Assembly: GCA_963740155.1 (NCBI GenBank) | Contig: CAVUDE010000004.1 | Coordinates: forward strand, 33,454 to 97,453 | DNA length: 64,000 nucleotides | From: an uncultured Flavobacteriaceae bacterium | GTDB lineage: Bacteria > Bacteroidota > Bacteroidia > Flavobacteriales > Flavobacteriaceae | Direction of reading: 5' to 3' | In this document: positions 42,004-52,255 of the stretch, piece after piece | Numbering within the stretch: position 1 is the stretch's first letter | Layout: each line of letters begins with the position of its first letter | The notes under the pieces: generated by a model | What the model was told of the DNA's origin: nothing | Database searches by the model: none | The model's input: the letters and a program-made list of their open reading frames with translations, nothing else | Translations under genes and position numbers: made by a program

Positions 42004-43948
42004 ATCGCGCTTTGATCTTTTTGAGTACTTTTTTGTCGACCTTGATCTGGTGACCATCGCGTAGGGATTTCTCCCACTTCTCTTCCAGTTGCTGCTGGTA
42101 ATCATTGATTACCGCGCCTCTAGCCTCGTCCAGAGTCTTTTGCGCAGGCTCCATGATTTCATCCACCTTGATGATTTTGTAGAAACTGTCTGTAGGACTG
42201 TGGAAGACAGGTGACACACCTAATTTGAGTTCAAATTCTTTAGGCAGGCGGGCAAAGTTCTCCTCCACCACACCACTGGAAACTATGACGCGGGTACGAC
42301 CATCTTCATTGAATCTGGTTTTAACCGTATCAACATCTACACCGTCTATCAATAGCTTGCGTACCGCAGTCGCTACAGAATCAGAAGTATTCTGTAGAAT
42401 GGTGAGATCTGCACGACGTGTCCAGCGGTATTTTACTTTGTTTTTTTCAAAGTAGTCGCGCTGGCCTATGCTATCTGTTTTTGCCTGGTTCCAGATCTTG
42501 TCCTGTAACAAGTCAAATAACAGAATACCTTCCTTGAATTCCGTATAAAGAAAATCAAAGTCCTTATTGTCGCGCTCGAGATTATCACGGTAGTATGAAA
42601 TCAATTCCTGTTGCTGGAAATCCTTAAAAAGTTGATTTAAACGCGCTTCTTTTGTTTTGGCGGGGTGACCACTGCGCTGGTTTTTAAAAACATACTGCAG
42701 GAAAGCGGCATCAGTAATTTTTTTATCTGCAATGTTCAGCAACATATTCTGGTCTTTGTCCTTGCTTATTTTATAATTCCAGACGCCTTTCACTAGAGAA
42801 TCAGAGACTTTCATCATTACGCGATCAGGCAGGTTCTCCGCAAATTTGTAGTCATACTTTGCTGCAAGTTTCTGGGTAAAAGCCTCCGTAATCTGGCGCG
42901 ATCGTGGTGACTTCTTGATCTTGTCCTCCATACGGTTGCGCACTAATGCTGGATTCTCTTCTGGATGAATGGTAAGTAGTTTAATGATATGCCACCCAAA
43001 TTTTGATTCAAACGGCTTAGTGTAATCGCCTTCCTCCTCAATCTCAAAAGCGTTGTTTTCAAATATGGGACTGTTGAAACCGCCGGTGGTAAACTTCATG
43101 AGCTTACCGCCATTTTGTGCGCTATTCAGATCATCAGAAAACTCGCGGGCTAATTCAGCAAATGGCTTCCCCTCTTCCAGTTGAGCGTAAATATCCATGA
43201 TCCGCTTTTCTGCTGTTTTGATACTGTCCTGGGGCTTGTCAAAGGTCATGATATGGGCTACGGTGCGATACCCCCGCGCCGGTCGCTTCTCATTTACCTT
43301 AAGAATATGATAACCGAAACTTGTCCTGAAAACATCAGAATACTCACCCACGGGTGTTTGGTAAGCCTCGTTTTCAAATTCATAGATCATCTTGAAAGGA
43401 CCGAACCATCCTAGCTCACCCCCGGTTTTTGAACTGGGTCCCTCACTTTTGATACGTGCTGTGGTAGCAAAGTTTGCACCGGCATCCAGCTCATTTTTAA
43501 TTGCGTGAATCTTGTTCCACGCGGTAAGTGTATCCTGTGGGCTGGCAGTCTCTTCCACCATGACCAGTATATGACTGGCGTTAACCTCCTGTTTATCGCG
43601 GGCTATGGCTTCTTCTATCAGCTCTGTAGAAACCTTGTTATCTGTTAGAAAACCTTCTGCGAGGCTGGAACGGTATTTCTCGATTTCTTTTTTATAACTG
43701 GTGGTGGTATCCAGTTTGCTCTCGTATGCTTCCTTGAGCTTAAGTCTATAATCTATGTAAAGCTCCAGATAATTATCAATATCCTTTTGTGACTCATCCT
43801 GCACGATGTCCAGATTCTTTTCATAGACTTTGATAAAAGTACCTGCGTCATATTTCCTGCCATCGATGGTGAGCAATGTTTTGTCCTCCAGTTGCTGCGC
43901 CATCATCAACGATGGCAGAAAACAAAAAATCAATAAGTATTTCTTCAT
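41993..43948 (-). CDS. Multi-domain parvulin-type peptidyl-prolyl isomerase
   Basis: NASHILV, SEGPS..TGGELG.F, RTSFGYHI, FESKFGWHI; signal peptide from MKKYLL. Confidence 0.9.
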   Translation of the reverse strand: MKKYLLIFCFLPSLMMAQQLEDKTLLTIDGRKYDAGTFIKVYEKNLDIVQDESQKDIDNYLELYIDYRLKLKEAYESKLDTTTSYKKEIEKYRSSLAEGFLTDNKVSTELIEEAIARDKQEVNASHILVMVEETASPQDTLTAWNKIHAIKNELDAGANFATTARIKSEGPSSKTGGELGWFGPFKMIYEFENEAYQTPVGEYSDVFRTSFGYHILKVNEKRPARGYRTVAHIMTFDKPQDSIKTAEKRIMDIYAQLEEGKPFAELAREFSDDLNSAQNGGKLMKFTTGGFNSPIFENNAFEIEEEGDYTKPFESKFGWHIIKLLTIHPEENPALVRNRMEDKIKKSPRSRQITEAFTQKLAAKYDYKFAENLPDRVMMKVSDSLVKGVWNYKISKDKDQNMLLNIADKKITDAAFLQYVFKNQRSGHPAKTKEARLNQLFKDFQQQELISYYRDNLERDNKDFDFLYTEFKEGILLFDLLQDKIWNQAKTDSIGQRDYFEKNKVKYRWTRRADLTILQNTSDSVATAVRKLLIDGVDVDTVKTRFNEDGRTRVIVSSGVVEENFARLPKEFELKLGVSPVFHSPTDSFYKIIKVDEIMEPAQKTLDEARGAVINDYQQQLEEKWEKSLRDGHQIKVDKKVLKKIKARFEE

Positions 43949-43972
43949 GAAAATAGTCCTAATTCTAATTTG

Positions 43973-43980
43973 CAAAAATA
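43973..43980 (-). promoter_or_regulatory. -7 promoter element for the PPIase operon
   Basis: TATTTTTG on the - strand, 24 bp upstream of the ATG. Confidence 0.5.
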
Positions 43981-44069
43981 TACCTTTAAATTGCCCTTTT
44001 CAAACGCGGGACAAAAGCAATTGTTATGTTAAACCAGCAAGTTAACCGATTAATGACGACTGCCTTTCT

Positions 44070-44537
44070 ATGATCAGTACAAAGCAATCAGTAATTATCA
44101 ATCTGCCACGCCACCAGGTCGTGCGCTTACTGCAAAACCAAGACCATTTTAAAGACTGGCAGGATGGACTGGTCAGTTTTAAGAACACGACCCAGTCCAT
44201 AGGTGAGAAAAACAGCAAGCGACTCATGAAAGTCAAGATCGCTGGCACCACAATTTCCATGCAAGAGGAAATTCTTGATCTGGACATACCAAGGTATTGG
44301 AAAGCAGAATATAAATCCAATGGCGTACGCAACGTTCAGGAAAACCACTTCCATGAACTGACGGATGACGGTGAGACAAAAACTAAATGGGAAAGTACCA
44401 GTACGTTTAGATTTACCGGGATGATGCGCCTAGTTGCCAAAGCACAGCCTCAAGTCTTCAAGCGACAAACCAGCAGATTTATGGAAAACTTCAAACAATT
44501 TGCCGAAAGTACTTTTGAACCAGAGCCTGAATCCTAG
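44070..44537 (+). CDS. SRPBCC (START-like) family protein
   Basis: VIINLPRHQVV…NQDHFKDWQDGL…NVQENHF…FKRQTSRFMENFKQFAE. Confidence 0.8.
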   Translation: MISTKQSVIINLPRHQVVRLLQNQDHFKDWQDGLVSFKNTTQSIGEKNSKRLMKVKIAGTTISMQEEILDLDIPRYWKAEYKSNGVRNVQENHFHELTDDGETKTKWESTSTFRFTGMMRLVAKAQPQVFKRQTSRFMENFKQFAESTFEPEPES

Positions 44538-44818
44538 CTAATAAATTCCATTGACTAGATGATAATCTGGATTCATTGGACAAAGAGATCTTTCCATACG
44601 TGTAGCCCATGAGCAATAGCGAGAGGACGACATAGATTTAGGATGGGAAGCAGCGGTCATCATCCCATCCCCAGCCCTTCACTAGGGGAAGGGAGCTTCT
44701 CCCAACCAATTGAAAGATAGTATGCAGGACATGATTTTGTTTAATCTTTATGCATCTAAGTCAATAAATTGATTCATAAGCCATATTGCGGCAATACGCT
44801 GATTACTTTTGCGGAATT

Positions 44819-45067
44819 ATGCGTGAATTAAAGCTTATCTGGGATTTTAAAGGACCAGATGCACACCAAACGGCAGAACATCATTTAGTACATCTTAAAG
44901 AGTACCTAGATCAGAATCAGATTGAAGCGCTGGCAACTGGTGTAGAAAAATTATCACCCATCCATACCATTGCTTTTGCAGCCTGCAAAGAATCCATCAT
45001 GCCTAAACTACGCGATGACCTACGACCACATCGTGGTCAGCTATATCAACCACAAAGTCCAAAATGA
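44819..45067 (+). CDS. Small conserved hypothetical protein
   Basis: MRELKLIWDFKGPDAHQTAEHHLVHLKEY…LRPHRGQLY; overlaps the next gene (ATGA). Confidence 0.65.
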   Translation: MRELKLIWDFKGPDAHQTAEHHLVHLKEYLDQNQIEALATGVEKLSPIHTIAFAACKESIMPKLRDDLRPHRGQLYQPQSPK

Positions 45068-46455
45068 TGAATGATCAACAATTGATTGAGGCATTCAGCA
45101 GTTTTCTGAAAGAAAGCCAAATAATTCATGGCGACGGTTTAAAAAATAGGTACCACCATATCTGGCGCATGGATGAACCGCTCGCGGCGAGATGCCTGTT
45201 GATGCCAGAATACACAGAAGAAGTAAGTAAAATACTGGCTATTTGCCATCAGAATAGATTACCCGTTGTTACCCATGGCGGGCTAACGAATCTTGTAGGC
45301 AGTACAGAAACATCTGGCAAAGAAGTGGTCATTAGTCTAGTGCGCATGAATACCATTCTAGAGCTGGACCGCACATCCAGCACAATGACAGTTCACGCAG
45401 GTTGTATACTTGAAAATGTACAGAAGCAGGCAGAAGAAATGGGACTCAGTTTTCCCGTAAACTATGGTGCAAGAGGTAGTGCCCAGATAGGAGGTGCGAT
45501 AGCCACAAATGCAGGTGGGCTGCGGGTCATACGCCATGGGATGATGCGCAGGCAAGTGCTGGGACTCGAGGTGGTGCTGGCAGATGGCACGATTTTGAGT
45601 TCACTCAAGAAGATTGTAAAGGACAATTCCGGTTACGATCTCAAACATCTATTTATAGGGTGTGAGGGCACGCTGGGCATCATTACCACCGCCGTCCTAC
45701 AATTGATAGAACAGCCTACCAGTCGCAACGCGGCATACGTAAGTTTAGGATCTTTTGAGCAGGTCACCCAATTACTGAATAGTTGCAAATCCAGACTGGC
45801 AGGAAAGCTCACAGGTTTTGAGATTATCTGGGAAGAGACGTATAAAGCGATGACTGGTGCGGGCGATGCTATACGACCACCACTACCCTACGGGGATCAG
45901 TATTATGTGCTTATCGAGACAATGGGAGCTGATCAAAAAGACGACTTTACAGAACTTACCCAGCTGCTGGAAGAACATTTGATAGCTGGATCAATCCATG
46001 ACGCCGCGATTGCTCACTCGCCCAGCGATGTGGACTGGTTTTTCAGAATTCGCGAGGACGTTAGCAATCTGACAGATCCCATGGTGCATGACCAGCATTT
46101 TGACGTGAGTGTTCCTATTGCGGCCATAGGTAGTTATGTAAATCAGACGATTGGAAACTTAAATGAACTTACGGGGGTTGATCAGGTGTATGCTTTTGGT
46201 CATGTGGCTGATGGCAATATCCACTTTATGGTAGGGAAGCAAAATACCAGCAAGCAACTCAAAAAACAAATCGACTCTATTGTCTATGAACCTTTACAGG
46301 AATTGGGTGGCAGCGTAAGTGCAGAACATGGAATAGGCACCCATAAAAAGGATTACCTGAATATCAGCAAGTCAGCTGCAGAAATAACCGCCATGAAATC
46401 GATCAAGGCTGCACTGGATCCGCACAATATCCTCAATCCGGGAAAAATATTCTGA
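45064..46455 (+). CDS. FAD-linked oxidase (GlcD/D-2-hydroxyacid dehydrogenase family)
   Basis: HGGLTNLVG, GGAIATNAGG, DNSGYDL, GCEGTLG, FGHVADGNIH, SAEHGIG, LDPHNILNPGK. Confidence 0.88.
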   Translation: MMNDQQLIEAFSSFLKESQIIHGDGLKNRYHHIWRMDEPLAARCLLMPEYTEEVSKILAICHQNRLPVVTHGGLTNLVGSTETSGKEVVISLVRMNTILELDRTSSTMTVHAGCILENVQKQAEEMGLSFPVNYGARGSAQIGGAIATNAGGLRVIRHGMMRRQVLGLEVVLADGTILSSLKKIVKDNSGYDLKHLFIGCEGTLGIITTAVLQLIEQPTSRNAAYVSLGSFEQVTQLLNSCKSRLAGKLTGFEIIWEETYKAMTGAGDAIRPPLPYGDQYYVLIETMGADQKDDFTELTQLLEEHLIAGSIHDAAIAHSPSDVDWFFRIREDVSNLTDPMVHDQHFDVSVPIAAIGSYVNQTIGNLNELTGVDQVYAFGHVADGNIHFMVGKQNTSKQLKKQIDSIVYEPLQELGGSVSAEHGIGTHKKDYLNISKSAAEITAMKSIKAALDPHNILNPGKIF

Positions 46456-46477
46456 TCCGGGATGATGGTTGTTTATC

Positions 46478-46495
46478 ACGCTTTCGCGAAAGCGT
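46478..46495. repeat. Iterated palindrome, exact intergenic copy
   Basis: ACGCTTTCGCGAAAGCGT. Confidence 0.95.
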
Positions 46496-46677
46496 AATCA
46501 CTCAAAAACCCGAATAATTCAAAGCCGCTATAACAGAACAGTGGCGCTGATGACTATACCATTGAATTGATTTTCTAAAATGGATTGTTATAATACCTTT
46601 TGGATCCGTGCCGGGTTTGTGAGATATTCTCAATCTCTAGAAAAGACTCTTTTGATTATGGAGTGTGAGTAATTATT

Positions 46678-46695
46678 ACGCTTTCGCGAAAGCGT
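46678..46695. repeat. Iterated palindrome, exact intergenic copy 200 bp from the previous one
   Basis: ACGCTTTCGCGAAAGCGT. Confidence 0.95.
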
Positions 46696-46896
46696 AAAAC
46701 CTAAAAAATCTAAACAATAAGCAGCCGCCATAAAGAAATATGACGCCGAAGAGCATGAGGTAAAAATAGAATCTAGAGTGAAATGCGATAAGACCGGTAT
46801 AATTAGCGCATGATCTGTAATGTATTCTCTATCCAAAAAAAGGTTCTCTAGTCAGGGACAATGGTTGATCACAACGCATTGCCAATAGGGAAGTTT

Positions 46897-48123
46897 GGCT
46901 TAATAGACAAAATGGTTGGTAAAAACACTAGTAACACCTGCTATTACTAGCTTTGGTGTAAATCAAAGGCTTTGAATAAAAAAAATGCAGTTTTTGTGGC
47001 AGCCGCATCACTCACAAATATGGTGTCAGGTCAGGTAAGCAACGCTATAGATGCTGGGCCTGCAAAAGGGTATTTACCGGTGGTTTGCGGATCGAGGCGT
47101 CCCATCTTTGGGAAGAGTACACAAAGGGAAAACAAACCTACCTGCAACTTGCCCAATAGTATGGCCTGTCCATAAGAACCATCCAGCGTAGGATTGATAG
47201 CCATCAGGTCGAGGAACATATAGCGGTTCCCAGAAACGTAATCGTCCTCATGGATAGCACCTATTGGGGAAGAAGCTTCGGGCTGATGCTTTTCAAGGAT
47301 GCCTATACCGGAGAAAATATCAAGTGGTATTACCTAAGGTCGGAGACAAACCTGTTATATCGCAAGGGTATCGCCGAACTCAAATCAAGGGGCTTTACCA
47401 TTGATGCCATTGTCTGTGACGGAAGAAAGGGACTGGTCAATTCATTTGGACAGATACCGGTTCAGCTCTGTCAGTTCCATCAGGTTGCCACCATAAGGAG
47501 ATATATTACCAAGAACCCCAAGATGCCTGCTGCCATTGCCTTAAAGGAGCATGCCGCGCTGCTGAAACATACCGACAGGGAGTCTTTCCAGGGTGGTCTG
47601 GAACTCTGGCGGGAAAGGTGGGATGGTTTCCTGGATGAGCGTACGGTGGATCCAGAGACCGGAAAGAGCCACTACACCCACAAATGACTGAGAAGCGCCT
47701 ACAGAAGCCTGAACACGAACATGGAATGGCTCTTTACGTGGTATGACCATCCAGAACTGGATATACCCAATACCACGAACATGATAGATGGTCACTTTTC
47801 AGACCTGAAGAACAAGCTCAGAAACCATAACGGTTTGAGTATGAAAAGAAAAATAAAGTTCATCGATGAGTTTTTAAAGGCATGAGGCCTTTTGAAAACA
47901 ACAAAAAGGGAAGCCTGAAAAGGCTTCCCTGAATGACGTTTTCGTCAGGCATCCAATGTATCCCTGGCAAGTTGCTCTCCAGCAGGGCCTGCTTCCGTTT
48001 AATTGGACGGGACAAGATAGAATTGGATAGGATAACAAACAACTACTGTTGACAAACAGACCAACCATTTTGTCCACTTGAAAATAATTACTCGAAATCA
48101 CCAACCATTTTGTCCATTACACC
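46897..48123 (+). mobile_element. IS256-family (Zn-finger variant) insertion sequence, 1,227 bp, with 8-bp target site duplication
   Basis: Left IR GGCTTAATAGACAAAATGGTTGGT; right IR (reverse complement) GGTGTAATGGACAAAATGGTTGGT. Direct repeat GGAAGTTT at 46889-46896 and 48124-48131. Confidence 0.9.
46972..47885 (+). pseudogene. Transposase with an A8 frameshift and two nonsense codons
   Basis: TTG AAT A8 then CSFC…CWAC Zn finger; TAG at ~47158; LMDSTYW, AIVCDG, CQFHQ; TGA at 47685; then …PNTTNMIDGHFSDLK…EFLKA*. Confidence 0.85.
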
Positions 48124-48180
48124 GGAAGTTTATATTGAACCCTATGAAAAGCGAAAGCGTAAACCTGAAAGCATGGTAAT

Positions 48181-48210
48181 AAAAAAGCCGCCCCAATGGA
48201 AGAGCGGCTC
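48181..48210 (-). terminator. Terminator at the end of the PUL susC operon
   Basis: A6, then GCCGC(CC)C…G(A)GCGGC hairpin, 17 bp past the stop at 48228. Confidence 0.55.
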
Positions 48211-48227
48211 AGTAAAATCCTTAGCTA

Positions 48228-49214
48228 TTAAATACAGTTAGGATTAGGGTTTACGGGAACGTCAGATGTCAATACGTGATACCAGGCCAGAGCCGGGTCG
48301 TTTGCCTGTATACAGCGCAGTACCATGCGGCTATCTGTAATCTCTAGGATCTCATACTCGCTCGCACCTACATACCAGCTCATGAAATTATCGTTAGGTA
48401 ACGAGATCGATGTTTTTCTGGATATATCCTCTGGCACCACCTCATCGATCGTAGGCAAAAAGGTAATTGCCCCTGACGCTGGCGCCGTAAATGACAGGCA
48501 CTCATCAGAGTTGTTAGAGTTATCTGCAGATGGACCGCCGAACTGCGTCAAATAAGTATTATGAAAATAGGTTTCACCCATATTATCCAATTCGAAAATT
48601 ACGTCATTCCCGTCCATGGTAAAAATCATTCTATCGTCGTAAAAACATTCCGTAAGATCATCACAATAACGTCCAAAAGCAGGAACGCCAAAAAATGCAG
48701 GTGTATAGTACGCCGCATCAGACTGCCCGGGAATAAGCGCAGGAGATGCTGGACCTACTCCCCAGTGCGCGTTTTCTGCAACTGCCCAGTACCATGTTTT
48801 TGAAGTACCGCCAGTCAGGAACTGTTTAGCCTCTGCATCATCAAAAGTACTTAGAACATCAACTAGTATCGTCCTCGTAGTCGCAACCCCACCAGTTCCA
48901 GTAGCGGTGACGGTGACATTATATGTGATCACGCCTAGTTGCACAAAACGGTGTTCTATCTGACCAGTACGGCTGGTGCCTGTCCTACCATCACCAAAAT
49001 CAAAGGTATAATTAAGTGCATTTTTTGCACTGGCATCAAACATGACAATACCAGTACCATCCCCAGTAGGATTCATGGCATCCTCGCCCTCGCGATCAAA
49101 ATCTACGGTAAGATTTGAGGGGGTGACGATAGGGCCGAATTCCACATCATCTTCCTGACAAGAAATGGCTGCTACGACTAGAAAACAGGCTAAATATTTA
49201 AAATATGCTTTCAT
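48228..49214 (-). CDS. PKD-domain surface lipoprotein of the PUL (glycan-binding candidate)
   Basis: Lipobox AISC, PKD signature YTFDFGDG, and SKTWYW…HWGVGP. Confidence 0.8.
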   Translation of the reverse strand: MKAYFKYLACFLVVAAISCQEDDVEFGPIVTPSNLTVDFDREGEDAMNPTGDGTGIVMFDASAKNALNYTFDFGDGRTGTSRTGQIEHRFVQLGVITYNVTVTATGTGGVATTRTILVDVLSTFDDAEAKQFLTGGTSKTWYWAVAENAHWGVGPASPALIPGQSDAAYYTPAFFGVPAFGRYCDDLTECFYDDRMIFTMDGNDVIFELDNMGETYFHNTYLTQFGGPSADNSNNSDECLSFTAPASGAITFLPTIDEVVPEDISRKTSISLPNDNFMSWYVGASEYEILEITDSRMVLRCIQANDPALAWYHVLTSDVPVNPNPNCI

Positions 49215-49215
49215 C

Positions 49216-50780
49216 TTAGTTTGTTTGAATTAAATCATCGATATAAATAACCTCGCTAGCGGAAGTTGCATTGAGTGGATCAAAAAAGATCACCACATTT
49301 CTCAAGTCAAGGTCAGACGGTGAGCCTGTAAAATCGTATTCAATTTCCTCCCATTGATTTGCGACGGTTGTTGTTTTTCTGATTTCGCCAGCCGCAATAG
49401 AATTATCACCAACCCTTTCAAATTTGAGCCATACGGGTAAACCTACTCTTGGCGAATAAACCTTGAGCTTAAATATAGGATCTGAATCAAATTCAACAGC
49501 CTCATCCAGAACTATTGCCACCAGCGAGAAATTGTTAGGACCTGTAGCGGGTCTGTCAATCTCCATGACCGTAGCTGAACTGTTGATTCCGCCAGGGACT
49601 GGATTTGGAAGAATCGTAAAGCCTGCGTTGTTTGTACCTATATTATACTGTCTCCTGTCATCTTCAAAATCAAGTGGCAAAACGATAGGTGGGCCATCTG
49701 CTTGCTCTATATCGTCAAAATAATTGACGTCACCGGTAGGGGCATTACCTAGATCAAAAAAGATAACAAAGTTGCGCCATTGCTCGGACATATCAATGGC
49801 AGAAAAATCATAATACAGCGTCTCCCACTCATTGACTTTAGTTGTAAATGCATCCAACTCCAGTGCAGGACCACCGAAACCAACGATAGTTTCAAATTTA
49901 ATCGTCACTCTAGTACCTGCTGGCATAGGTGAAAGCACCTTCATTCTTATACCGGTCTGGCTGGAAAAATCAATGGGTGCGCTAGTGGTAATGTTTACAC
50001 CACCAAAAGTCAGAGTACCCGTTTTTTCAAGACTAACTACATTTGATGACGTGTTGCTTGCACCAGGATCAGGATTAGCCACAATAGCAGCGTTTGCCTC
50101 AAAATTCCCTAGAACAAAAGTTGATGGTAAAGATTCAAACGTGAGGGGTAGTTCAACTGGATCATCTTGAATAGTGACTGTTTCTGTGGCAGTTGCATTA
50201 GCCGTGCCACCACTCAATGCTATAACTGTGATATCATACGTACCGACAGCACTATATGTATTAACAAAAGTCTCACTCGCCATTAAGACCACCGGTGCGG
50301 CTGCTGGATCCTCGCCTAATGTAAACTCAAATTGTGTTGCAAAATCTGCAGTGGCAGAGACCTCAACAGCAAAATTACTGGATCCTGCGTTCTCTGTGAC
50401 ATTGATACAAGATTTTCTGGCGCCCTGAACGATACCATTAACTGCTGGGAAATCTGCGCAGTCTCGCCACTTAAAGATTTACCTATTAACGTAATGTCAT
50501 AAGTTCCTTCTGGGTAGTTGCGTTGTGCGTTTTCGCCTAGAGCTAACTCAACACTATCGCCGCTACCATCACCATAAAACACCTCAAATGCACTGACATT
50601 AGTACCAGAGGGGGAAATAGTGACTAGACCAGAATTGTCTTGGGTAATATTGAATTCAAGATCCAGCTCACTGGGAGTTCCCAGCTGGGGAATCAAATCC
50701 TCCCGGTCATCATCCTCACAACTTATGGAAAATAATGCCGCTACAATAAGGATCGCGTAGGTATATATATTCTTTCTCAT
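49216..50780 (-). CDS. Surface glycan-binding lipoprotein (two PKD plus two CBM-like domains), frameshifted at ~50405
   Basis: Lipobox SISC, FYGDG. After APENLV the other frame gives INVTENAGSSN…. Two tandem PL.FE…KV.SP…KFE…NEWE.L.YDF…VIFFD domains. Confidence 0.78.
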
Positions 50781-50792
50781 CTGTAACATATT

Positions 50793-52250
50793 TTAATATC
50801 CTTCATTTTGTTCCCATAGACCGCCAGATAATCTTATTTCCTGAAACGGAATGGGAAATAGACCTCTGGTAGCCGTGCGATAGCCATCGATTATTGCTTC
50901 TGCTCTATTTGTACGTACCAGATCAAAGTATCTATGGCCCTCGCCTACTAGCTCGACTCTTCTTTCTTGAAATATGGCATCACCCAGCGCACCCCCGGTA
51001 GAAGTCACGTCTGACAATCCAGCACGATTACGGACAATATTTAAATAAGTTCTGGCTTGCGTATCACCCAGTCCACCACTGTTGTAAGCTTCTGCAGCCA
51101 TCAAATAAACATCTGCCAGTCTAATTGCACGATAGTTATTAGGGTTAGTCAGGTTTGCATCACCTGTATTTCTATCACCATCACGAGCAATATACTTTCT
51201 GTTGTAATAACCCGTATGCTCATTACCTGTAGCAAATGTCGCACCCGTAGCGGCGGCAAAGGCATTTATATCAAGAATCGCGACATCTCGCCTTATATCA
51301 CCAGACTCAAACGCGTCGTATGTTTCCTGAGTGGGCACATTGAAACTAAATCCAGAATCAAAATCAGGACCATTATAATTCCTAATACCATTGAAACCTA
51401 CTGCAATATTACCTTCACTACAAGCAAAACAATCAAATCCAGCGCCCTGAATATCAGAATATTGAACTTCAAATACAGATTCCTCATTATTCTCGTTATC
51501 ATTTTCCCAGATAGTAGAATAATCTGTTACAAGACTATACTGACCAGAGTTTATAATGTCGTCCAGCACAGCGGCCGCCTCAGAAAATTTGCCTTGATAT
51601 AATAACACCTTACCTAACATGGCTTGTGCGCTACCTCTTGTCGCTCTACCTACATCTGGTGTTGAATATTCCAGATTATCAATCGCAAACTGTAAATCCT
51701 GTTCCATTAATGCATAGACCTCACTTGCTGGAGATCTGGGCAACGTTTTTTCCTCACCAGGGAAAATACGCTCATCAACCTTAAATGGAATATCACCAAA
51801 AAACTTCACTAGCTCAAAATTATAATAAGCTCTTAAAAATCTTGTCTCACCTAGAACTCTAGCTTTGTTAGGGAAGTCTAAGTTGTTCTGGAATTCCATG
51901 ATATAACTAGTGCGATAAACACCTGCGTACATCCAGTTCCAGTGATCCTGCAATTGCTGATTGACTGGATTTTGAATCATATCATCAATCTGCTGGATAC
52001 CAATCACGTCATTTGCGTTTTCCCCGCCAGCAAGAGTGTTATCACTGGCAATATCACCTAGCATAACGCTCAAATGGGTCATCGCTAATAAATCGTAGGC
52101 TGCTATAAGAGCATCCTCATAATCCTGAGGCGTATTAAAGAATTGCTCTGCAACCTCGTCAGGGCTCTCAACGTCTACGTAATCATCTGAACAGGCAAGT
52201 AGCGTGACTGCCATGACAAACAACAATAAGAGTGGTTTAATCTTTTTCAT
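50793..52250 (-). CDS. susD: SusD/RagB-family lipoprotein
   Basis: Lipobox LLAC, GETRFLRAYYNFELVKFFG, RAIRLADVYLMAAEA, QERRVELVGEGHRYFDLVR. Confidence 0.95.
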   Translation of the reverse strand: MKKIKPLLLLFVMAVTLLACSDDYVDVESPDEVAEQFFNTPQDYEDALIAAYDLLAMTHLSVMLGDIASDNTLAGGENANDVIGIQQIDDMIQNPVNQQLQDHWNWMYAGVYRTSYIMEFQNNLDFPNKARVLGETRFLRAYYNFELVKFFGDIPFKVDERIFPGEEKTLPRSPASEVYALMEQDLQFAIDNLEYSTPDVGRATRGSAQAMLGKVLLYQGKFSEAAAVLDDIINSGQYSLVTDYSTIWENDNENNEESVFEVQYSDIQGAGFDCFACSEGNIAVGFNGIRNYNGPDFDSGFSFNVPTQETYDAFESGDIRRDVAILDINAFAAATGATFATGNEHTGYYNRKYIARDGDRNTGDANLTNPNNYRAIRLADVYLMAAEAYNSGGLGDTQARTYLNIVRNRAGLSDVTSTGGALGDAIFQERRVELVGEGHRYFDLVRTNRAEAIIDGYRTATRGLFPIPFQEIRLSGGLWEQNEGY

Positions 52251-52255
52251 CGTAT

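Noticed and set aside
46630-46836. 68-aa ORF containing TLSRKR
   Set aside because: No recognisable features; probably a chance ORF across the palindrome.
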